64,000 bases of DNA. Origin: Eledone cirrhosa (Eukaryota). Under the pieces are notes generated by a model, which made no database searches, was not told the DNA's origin, and was given only the letters and a program-made list of their open reading frames with translations. This document shows positions 1 through 10,734 of the stretch, in pieces. Each line of letters starts with the position of its first letter. Position 1 is the first letter of the stretch. The stretch spans positions 23,932,001-23,996,000 of the forward strand of contig OZ024759.1 of NCBI GenBank assembly GCA_964016885.1, in the 5' to 3' direction. Position numbers and translations under genes: made by a program.

Positions 1-74
1 ATATTCGTCTTTCCAAGTCATGTGCTTTCACACTTTGAGCCCAGTTTACTTCGATATATCTCTATATATCTCTA

Positions 75-93
75 TTTTCCTTTTAACGGAAAA
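75..93. other. Imperfect inverted repeat ttttcc-ttttaac-ggaaaa within the monomer (first copy shown)
   Basis: ttttcc (75-80) is the reverse complement of ggaaaa (88-93). The common tcttcc variant shortens the stem. Confidence 0.75.
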
Positions 94-159
94 CACCATG
101 CTGTCTGGCTATCTCTCTCCCAATCTACCTCATACTCTCTACCACTTTTTGAGTAATCC

Positions 160-180
160 CTTGCTTGTCTTTCAAGCAAG
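160..180. other. Perfect 8-bp inverted repeat cttgcttg-tcttt-caagcaag within the monomer (first copy shown)
   Basis: cttgcttg (160-167) is the exact reverse complement of caagcaag (173-180), with a 5-nt spacer. Intact in most monomers. Confidence 0.9.
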
Positions 181-254
181 TTGGTCTTTGCTCCTATGGA
201 CGTATAAACCTTTACACTATCTCATAACCATTCCTATATTCGTCTTTCCAAAAC

Positions 255-726
255 ATGTGCTTTAACACTTTGAGCCCAGTTTACTTCGATATATCCCTAT
301 ATATCTCTATTTTCCTTTTAACGGAAAACACCATGCTGTCTGGCTCACTCTCTCCCTTATCTACCTCATGCGATCTACCTCTTTTTGAGTAATCCCTTGC
401 TTGTCTTTCAAGCAAGTTGGTCTTTACTCCTATGGACGTATAAACTTTTACACTATCTCATAACCATTCCTATATTCGTCTTTCCAAGTCATGTGCTTTC
501 ACACTTTGAGCCCAGTTTACTTCGATATATCCCTATATATCTCTATATTCCTTTTAACGGAAAACACCATGCTGTCTGGCTCTCTCTCTCCCTTATCTAC
601 CTCATGCGATCTACCTCTTTTTGAGTAATTCCTTGCTTGTCTTTCAAGCAAGTTGGTCATTACTCCTATGGACGTATAAACCTTTACGCTATCTCATAAC
701 CACTCCTATATTCGTATTTCCAAGTC
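255..726 (+). repeat. Examples of 236-bp B-type monomers (B1 at 255-490, B2 at 491-726)
   Basis: Both carry ctctcccttatctacctcatgcgatctacc in place of A-type ctctcccaatctacctcatactctctacc (+1 bp). B1 adds ggctcactc and usually aaactttt. B2 adds taattcc, ggtcatta, tacgct and accactcc. Both types recur across the window. Confidence 0.92.
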
Positions 727-3700
727 ATGTGCTTTAACACTTTGAGCCCAGTTTACTTCGATATATCCCTATATATCTCTATTTTCCTTTTAACGGAAAA
801 CACCTTGCTGTCTGGCTATCTCTCTCCCAATCTACCTCATACTCTCTACCTCTTTTTGAGTAATCCCTTGCTTGTCTTTCAAGCAAGTTGGTCTTTACTC
901 CTATGGACGTATAAACATTTACACTATCTCATAACCATTCCTATATTCGTCTTTGCAAGTCATGTGCATTAACACTTTGAGCCCAGTTTACTTCGATATA
1001 TCTCTATATATCTCTATCTTCCTTTTAACGGAAAACACCATGCTGTCTGGCTATCTCTCACCCAATCTACCTCATACTCTCTACCTCTTTTTGAGTAATC
1101 CCTTGCTTGTATTTCAAGCAAGTTGGTCTTTACTCCTATGGACGTATAAACCTTTACACTTTCTCATAACCATTCCTATATTTATCTTTCCAAGTCATGT
1201 GCATTAACACTTTGAGCCCAGGTTACTTCGATATATCTCTATATATCTCTATTTTCCTTTTAACCGAAAACACCATGCTGTATGGCTATCTCTCTCCCAA
1301 TCTACCTCATACTCTCTACCTCTTTTTGAGTAATCCCTTGCTTGTCTTTCAAGCAAGTTGGTCTTTACTCCTATGGACATATAAACCTTTACACTATCTC
1401 ATAACCATTCCTATATTCGTCTTTCCAAAACATGTGCTTTAACACTTTGAGCCCAGTTTACTTCGATATATCCCTATATATCTCTATTTTCCTTTTAACG
1501 GAAAACCCCATGCTGTCTGGCTATCTCTCTCCCTTATCTACCTCATGCGATCTACCTCTTTTTGAGTAATTCCTTGCTTGTCTTTCAAGCAAGTTGGTCA
1601 TTACTCCTATGGACGTATAAACCTTTACGCTATCTCATAACCACTCCTATATTCGTCTTTCCAAGTCATGTGCTTTAACACTTTGAGCCCAGTTTACTTC
1701 GATATATCCCTATATATCTCTATTTCCCTTTTAACGGAAAACACCTTGCTATCTGGCTATCTCTCCCCCAATCTACCTCATACTCTCTACCTCTTTTTGA
1801 GTAATCCCTTGCTTGTCTTTCAAGCAAGTTGGTCTTTACTCCTATGGACGTATAAACCTTTACACTATCTCATAACCATTCCTATATTCGTCTTTCCAAG
1901 TCATGTGCTTTAACACTTTGATCCCAGTTTACTTCGATATATCTCTATATATCTCTATCTTCCTTTTAACAGAAAACAACTTGCTGTCTGGCTATCTCTC
2001 TCCCATTCTACCTCATACTCTCTACCTCTTTTTGAGTAATCCCTTGCTTGTCTTTCAAGCAAGTTGGTCTTTACTCCTATGGACGTATAAACCTTTACAC
2101 TATCTCATAACCATTCCTATATTCGTATTTCCAAGTCATGTGCTTTAACATTTTGAGCCCAGTTTACTTCGATATATCCCTATATATCTCTATTTTCCTT
2201 TTAACGGAAAACACCATGCTGTCTGGCTATCTCTCTCCCAATCTACCTCATCCTGTCTACCTCTTTTTGAGTAATCCCTTGCTTGTCTTTCAAGCAAGTT
2301 GGTCTTTACTCCTATGGACGTATAAACCTTTACACTATCTCATAACCATTCCTATTTTCGTCTTTCCAAGTCATGTGCTTTAACACTTTGAGCCCAGTTT
2401 ACTTCGATATATCTCTATATATCTCTATTTTCCTTTTAACGGAAAACACCATGTTGTCTGGCTATCTCTCTCCCAATCTACCTCATACTCTCTACCTCTT
2501 TTTGTGTAATCCCTTGCTTATCTATCAAGCAAGTTGGTCTTTACTCCTATGGACGTATAAACCTTTACACTATCTCATAACCATTCCTATATTCGTCTTT
2601 GCAAGTCATGTGCATTAACACTTTGAGCCCAGTTTACTTCGATATATCTCTATATATCTCTATTTTCCTTTTAAAGAAAAACACCATGCTGTCTGGCTAT
2701 CTCTCTCCCAATCTACCTCATACTCTCTACCTCTTTTTGAGTAATCCCTTGCTTGTCTTTCAAGCAAGTTGGTCTTTGCTCCTATGGACGTATAAACCTT
2801 TACACTATCTCATAACCATTCCTATATTCGTCTTTCCAAAACATGTGCTTTAACACTTTGAGCCCAGTTTACTTCGATATATCCCTATATATCTCTATTT
2901 TCCTTTTAACGGAAAACACCATGCTGTCTGGCTCAATCTCTCCCTTATCTACCTCATGCGATCTACCTCTTTTTGAGTAATCCCTTGCTTGTCTTTCAAG
3001 CAAGTTGGTCTTTACTCCTATGGACGTATAAACTTTTACACTATCTCATAACCATTCCTATATTCGTCTTTCCAAGTCATGTGCTTTCACACTTTGAGCC
3101 CAGTTTACTTCGATATATCTCTATATATCTCTATCTTCCTTTTAACGGAAAACACCATGCTGTCTGGCTATCTCTCACCCATTCTACCTCATACTCTCTA
3201 CCTCTTTTTGAGTACTCCCTTGCTTGTCTTTCAAGCAAGTTGGTCTTTACTCCTATGGACGTATAAACCTTTACACTATCTCATAACCATTCCTATATTC
3301 GTCTTTCCAAGTCATGTGCTTTCACACTTTGAGCCCAGTTTACTTCGATATATCCCTATATATCTCTATTTTCCTTTTAACGGAAAACACCATGCTGTCT
3401 GGCTATCTCTCTCCCAATCTACCTCATACTCTCTACCTCTTTTTGAGTAATCCCTTGCTTGTCTTTCAAGCAAGTTGGTCTTTACTCCTATGGACGTATA
3501 AACCTTTACACTATCTCATAACCATTCCTATATTCGTCTTTCCAAAACATGTGCTTTAACACTTTGAGCCCAGTTTACTTCGATATATCCCTATATATCT
3601 CTGTTTTCCTTTTAACGGAAAACACCATGCTGTCTGGCTCTCTCTCTCCCTTATCTACCTCATGCGATCTACCTCTTTTTGAGTAATTCCTTGCTTGTCT

Positions 3701-5230
3701 TTCAAGCAAGTTGGTCATTACTCCTATGGACGTATAAACCTTTACGCTATCTCATAACCACTACTATATTGGTCTTTCCAAGTCATGTGCTTTAACACTT
3801 TGAGCCCAGTTTACTTCGATATATCCCTATATATCTCTATTTTCCTTTTAACGGAAAACACCTTGCTGTCTGGCTATCTCTCTCCCAATCTACCTCATAC
3901 TCTCTACCTCTTTTTGAGTAATCCCTTGCTTGTCTTTCAAGCAAGTTGGTCTCTACTCCTATGGACGTATAAACCTTTACACTATCTCATAACCATTCCT
4001 ATATTCGTCTTTCCAAAACATGTGCTTTAACACTATGAGCCCAGTTTACTTCGATATATCTCTATATATCTCTATCTTCCTTTTAACGGAAAACACCATG
4101 CTGTCTGGCTATCTCTCACCCAATCTACCTCATACTCTCTACCTCTTTTTGAGCAATCCCTTGCTTGTCTTTCAAGCAAGTTGGTCTTTGCTCCTATGGA
4201 CGTATAAACCTTTACACTATCTCATAATCATTCCTATATTCGTCTTTCCAAGTCATGTGCTTTCACACTTTGAGCCCAGTTTACTTCGATATATCTCTAT
4301 ATATCTCTATTTTCCTTTTAACGGAAAACACCATGCTGTCTGGCTATCTCTCTCCCAATCTACCTCATACTCTCTACCTCTTTTTGAGTAATCCCTTGCT
4401 TGTCTTTCAAGCAAGTTGGTCTTTACTCCTATGGACGTATAAACCTTTACACTATCTCATAACCATTCCTATATTCGTCTTTCCAAAACATGTGCTTTAA
4501 CACTTTGAGCCCAGTTTACTTCGATATATCCCTATATATCTCTATTTTCCTTTTAACGGAAAACACCATGCTGTCTGGCTCACTCTCTCCCTTATCTACC
4601 TCATGCGATCGACCTCTTTTTGAGTAATCCCTTGCTTGTCTTTCAAGCAAGTTGGTCTTTACTCCTATGGACGTATAAACTTTTACACTATCTCATAACC
4701 ATTCCTATATTCGTCTTTCCAAGTCATGTGCTTTCACACTTTGAGCCCAGTTTACTTCGATATATCTCTATATATCTCTATCTTCCTTTTAACGGAAAAC
4801 ATCATGCTGTCTGGCTATCTCTCACCCAATCTACCTCATACTCTCTACCTCTTTTTGAGTAATCCCTTGCTTGTCTTTCAAGCAAGTTGGTCTTTACTCC
4901 TATGGACGTATAAACCTTTACACTATCTCATAACCATTCCTATATTCGTCTTTCCAAGTCATGTGCTTTCACACTTTGAGCCCAGTTTACTTCGATATAT
5001 CTCTATATATCTCTATTTTCCTTTTAACGGAAAACACCATGCTGTCTGGCTATCTCTCTCCCAATCTACCTCATACTCTCTACCACTTTTTGAGTAATCC
5101 CTTGCTTGTCTTTCAAGCAAGTTGGTCTTTGCTCCTATGGACGTATAAACCTTTACACTATCTCATAACCATTCCTATATTCGTCTTTCCAAGTCATGTG
5201 CTTTCACACTTTGAGCCCAGTTTACTTCGA

Positions 5231-5260
5231 TATATCTCTATATATCTCTATATATCTCTA
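5231..5260 (+). repeat. Three copies of the 10-bp subrepeat tatatctcta (normally two per monomer)
   Basis: Line 5221 reads tatatctcta tatatctcta tatatctcta; it is the only multi-base indel I saw. Confidence 0.95.
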
Positions 5261-8200
5261 TTTTCCTTTTAACGGAAAACACCATGCTGTCTGGCTATCT
5301 CTCTCCCAATCTACCTCATACTCTCTACCTCTTTTTGAGTAACCGTTGCTTGTCTTTCAAGCAAGTTGGTCTTTACTCCTATGGACGTATAAATCTTTAC
5401 ACTATCTCATAACCATTCCTATATTCGTCTTTCCAAAACATGTGCTTTAACACTTTGAGCCCAGTTTACTTCGATATATCCCTATATATCTCTATTTTCC
5501 TTTTAACGGAAAACACCATGCTGTCTGGCTCTCTCTCTCCCTTATCTACCTCATGCGATCTACCTCTTTTTGAGTAATCCCTTGCTTGTCTTTCAAGCAA
5601 TTTGGTCTTTACTCCCATGGACGTATAAACCTTTACACTATCTCATAACCATTCCCATATTCGTCTTTCCAAGTCATGTGCTTTAACACTTTGAGCCCGG
5701 TTTACTTCGATATATCTCTATATATCTCTATTTTCCTTTTAACGGAAAACACCATGCTGTCTGGCTATCTCTCTCCCAATCTACCTCATACTCTCTACCT
5801 CTTTTTGAGTAATCCCTTGCTTGTCTTTCAAGCAAGTTGGTCTTTACTCCTATGGACGTATAAACCTTTACACTATCTCATAACCATTCCTATATTCGTC
5901 TTTCCAAGTCATGTGCTTTCACACTTTGAGCCCAGTTTACTTCGATATATCTCTATATATCTCTATCTTCCTTTTAACGGAAAACACCATGCTGTCTGGC
6001 TATCTCTCTCCCAATCTACCTCATACTCTCTAGCACTTATTTAGTAATCCCTTGCTTGTCTTTCAAGCAAGTTGGTCTTTACTCCTATGGACGTATAAAC
6101 CTTTACACTATCTCATAACCATTCCTATATTCGTCTTTCCAAGTCATGTGCTTTAACACTTTGAGCCCAGTTTACTTCGATATATCTCTATATAGCTCTA
6201 TCTTCCTTTTAACGGAAAACACCATGCTGTCTGGCTATCTCTCAACCAATCTACCTCATACTCTCTACCTCTTTTTGAGTAATCCCTTGCTTGTCTTTCA
6301 AGCAAGTTGGTCTTTACTCCTATGGACGTATAAACCTTTACACTATCTAATAACCACTCCTATATTCGTCTTTCCAAGTCATGTGCTTTAACACTTTGAG
6401 CCCAGTTTACTTCGATATATCCCTATATATCTCTATTTTCCTTTTAACGGAAAACACCTTGCTGTCTGGCTATCTCTCTCCCAATCTACCTCATACTCTC
6501 TACCTCTTTTTGAGTAACCCTTGCTTGTCTTTCAAGCAAGTTGGTCTTTACTCCTATGGACGTATAAACCTTTACACTATCTCATAACCATTCCTATATT
6601 CGTCTTTCCAAAACATGTGCTTTAACACTTTGAGCCCAGTTTACTTCGATATATCCCTATATATCGCTATTTTCCTTTTAACGGAAAACACCATGCTGTC
6701 TGGCTATCTCTCTCCCAATCTACCTCATACTCTCTACCTCTTTTTGAGTAATCCCTTGCTTGTCTTTCAAGCAAGTTGGTCTTTACTCCTATGGACGTAT
6801 AAACCTTTACACTATCTCATAACCATTCCTATATTCGTCTTTCCAAGTCATGTGATTTCACACTTTGAGCCCAGTTTACTTCGATATATCTCTATATATC
6901 TCTATTTTCCTTTTAACGGAAAACACCATGCTGTCTGGCTATCTCTCTCCCAATCTACCTCATACTCTCTACCTCTTTTTGAGTAATCCCTTGCTTGTCT
7001 TTCAAGCAAGTTGGTCTTTACTCCTATGGACGTATAAACCTTTACACTATCTCATAACCATTCCTATATTCGTCTTTCCAAGTCATGTGCTTTCACACTT
7101 TGAGCCCAGTTTACTTCGATATATCTCTATATAGCTCTATCTTCCTTTTAACGGAAAACACCATGCTGTCTGGCTATCTCTCTCCCAATCTACCTCATAC
7201 TCTCTACCTCTTTTTGAGTAATCCCTTGCTTGTCTTTCAAGCAAGTTGGTCTTTACTCCTATGGACGTATAAACCTTTACACTATCTCATAACCATTCCT
7301 ATATTCGTCTTTCCAAGTCATGTGCTTTCACACTTTGAGCCCAGTTTACTTCGATATATCTCTATATATCTCTATCTTCCTTTTAACGGAAAACACCATG
7401 CTGTCTGGCTATCTCTCTCCCAATCTACCTCATACTCTCTACCTCTTTTTGAGTAATCCCTTGCTTGTCTTACAAGCAAGTTGGTCTTTGCTCCTATGGA
7501 CGTATAAACCTTTACACTATCTCATAACCATTCCTATATTCGTCTTTCCAAAACATGTGCTTTAACACTTTGAGCCCAGTTTACTTCGATATATCCCTAT
7601 ATATCTCTATTTTCCTTTTAACGGAAAACACCATGCTGTCTGGCTCACTCTCTCCCTTATCTACCTCATGCGATCTACCTCTTTTTGAGTAATCCCTTGC
7701 TTGTCTTTCAAGCAAGTTGGTCTTTACTCCTATGGACGTATAAACTTTTACACTATCTCATAACCATTCCTATATTCGTCTTTCCAAGTCATGTGCTTTC
7801 ACACTTTGAGCCCAGTTTACTTCGATATATCTCTATATATCTCTATCTTCCTTTTAACGGAAAACACCATGCTGTCTGGCTATCTCTCACCCAATCTACC
7901 TCATACTCTCTACCTCTTTTTGAGTACTCCCTTGCTTGTCTTTCAAGCAAGTTGGTCTTTACTCCTATGGACGTATAAACCTTTACACTATCTCATAACC
8001 ATTCCTATATTCGTCTTTCCAAGTCATGTGCTTTCACACTTTGAGCCCAGTTTACTTCGATATATCCCTATATATCTCTATTTTCCTTTTAACGGAAAAC
8101 ACCATGCTGTCTGGCTATCTCTCTCCCAATCTACCTCATACTCTCTACCTCTTTTTGAGTAATCCCTTGCTTGTCTTTCAAGCAAGTTGGTCTTTACTCC

Positions 8201-10734
8201 TATGGACGTATAAACCTTTACACTATCTCATAACCATTCCTATATTCGTCTTTCCAAGTCATGTGCTTTCACACTTTGAGCCCAGTTTACTTCGATATAT
8301 CCCTATATATCTCTATTTTCCTTTTAACGGAAAACACCATGCTGTCTGGCTATCTCTCTCCCAATCTACCTCATACTCTCTACCTCTTTTTGAGTAATCC
8401 CTTGCTTGTCTTTCAAGCAAGTTGGTCTTTACTCCTATGGACGTATAAACCTTTACACTATCTCATAACCATTCCTATATTGGTCTTTCCAAGTCATGTG
8501 CTTTAACACTTTGATCCCAGTTTACTTCGATATATCCCTATATATCTCTATTTTCCTTTTAACGGAAAACACCTTGCTGTCTGGCTATCTCTCCCCCAAT
8601 CTACCTCATACTCTCTACCTCTTTTTGAGTAATCCCTTGCTTGTCTTTCAAGCAAGTTGGTCTTTACTCCTATGGACGTATAAACCTTTACACTATCTCA
8701 TAACCATTCCTATATTCGTCTTTCCAAGTCATGTGCTTTCACACTTTGAGCCCAGTTTACTTCGATATATCTCTATATAGCTCTATCTTCCTTTTAACGG
8801 AAAACACCATGCTGTCTGGCTATCTCTCACCCAATCTACCTCATACTCTCTACCTCTTTTTGAGTAATCCCTTGCTTGTCTTTCAAGCAAGTTGTTCTTT
8901 ACTCCTATGGACGTATAAACCTTTACACTATCTCATAACCATTCCTATATTCGTCTTTCCAAGTCATGTGCTTTCACACTTTGAGCCCAGTTTACTTCGA
9001 TATATCTCTATATATCTCTATCTTCCTTTTAACGGAAAACACCATGCTGTCTGGCTATCTCTCTCCCAATCTACCTCATACTCTCTACCTCTTTTTGAGT
9101 AATCCCTTGCTTGTCTTACAAGCAAGTTGGTCTTTGCTCCTATGGACGTATAAACCTTTACACTATCTCATAACCATTCCTATATTCGTCTTTCCAAAAC
9201 ATGTGCTTTAACACTTTGAGTCCAGTTTACTTCGATATATCCCTATATATCTCTATTTTCCTTTTAACGGAAAACACCATGCTGTCTGGCTCACTCTCTC
9301 CCTTATCTACCTCATGCGATCTACCTCTTTTTGAGTAATCCCTTGCTTGTCTTTCAAGCAAGTTGGTCTTTACTCCTATGGACGTATAAACTTTTACACT
9401 ATCTCATAACCATTCCTATATTCGTCTTTCCAAGTCATGTGCTTTCACACTTTGAGCCCAGTTTACTTCGATATATCTCTATATATCTCTATCTTCCTTT
9501 TAACGGAAAACACCATGCTGTCTGGCTATCTCTCTCCCTTATCTACCTCATGCGATCTACCTCTTTTTGAGTAATTCCTTGCTTGTCTTTCAAGCAAGTT
9601 GGTCATTACTCCTATGGACGTATAAACCTTTACGCTATCTCATAACCATTCCTATATTCGTCTTTCCAAAACATGTGCTTTAACACTATGAGTCCAGTTT
9701 ACTTCGATATATCCCTATATATCTCTATTTTCCTTTTAACGGAATACACCATGCTGTCTGGCTCACTCTCTCCCTTATCTACCTCATGCGATCTACCTCT
9801 TTTTGAGTAATCCCTTGCTTGTCTTTCAAGCAAGTTGGTCTTTACTCCTATGGACGTATAAACTTTTACACTATCTCATAACCATTCCTATATTCGTCTT
9901 TCCAAGTCATGTGCTTTCACACTTTGAGCCCAGTTTACTTCGATATATCTCTATATATCTCTATCTTCCTTTTAACGGAAAACACCATGCTGTCTGGCTA
10001 TCTCTCACCCAATCTACCTCATACTCTCTACCTCTTTTTGAGTACTCCCTTGCTTGTCTTTCAAGCAAGTTGGTCTTTACTCCTATGGACGTATAAACCT
10101 TTACACTATCTCATAACCATTCCTATATTCGTCTTTCCAAGTCATGTGCTTTCACACTTTGAGCCCAGTTTACTTCGATATATCCCTATATATCTCTATT
10201 TTCCTTTTAACGGAAAACACCATGCTGTCTAGCTATCTCTCTCCCAATCTACCTCATACTCTCTACCTCTTTTTGAGTAATCCCTTGCTTGTCTTTCAAG
10301 CAAGTTGGTCTTTACTCCTATGGACGTATAAACCTTTACTCTATCTCATAACCACTCCTATATTGTCCTTTCCAAGTCATGTGCTTTAACACTTTGATCC
10401 CAGTTTACTTCGATATATCCCTATATATCTCTATTTTCCTTTTAACGGAAAACACCTTGCTGTCTGGCTATCTCTCTCCCAATCTACCTCATACTCTCTA
10501 CCTCTTTTTGAGTAATCCCTTGCTTGTCTTTCAAGCAAGTTGGTCTTTACTCCTATGGACGTATAAACCTTTACACTATCTCATAACCATTCCTATATTC
10601 GTCTTTCCAAAACATGTGCTTTAACACTTTGAGCCCAGTTTACTTCGATATATCTCTATATATCTCTATCTTCCTTTTAACGGAAAACACCATGCTGTCT
10701 GGCTATCTCTCACCCAATCTACCTCATACTCTCT

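Noticed and set aside
4-66. CENP-B box near the two TTCG motifs
   Set aside because: Neither TTCG is followed by the required nnnnAnnCGGG pattern.
203-208. TATAAA as a TATA-box promoter
   Set aside because: It is a short motif in an AT-rich repeat with no supporting gene context, and is expected by chance.
1-235. Tandem RNA gene cluster (5S rRNA, tRNA, snRNA or spliced leader)
   Set aside because: I found no recognisable 5S, tRNA, U-snRNA or SL sequence or Pol III A/B/C boxes on either strand by eye. An Rfam/Infernal scan would settle this.
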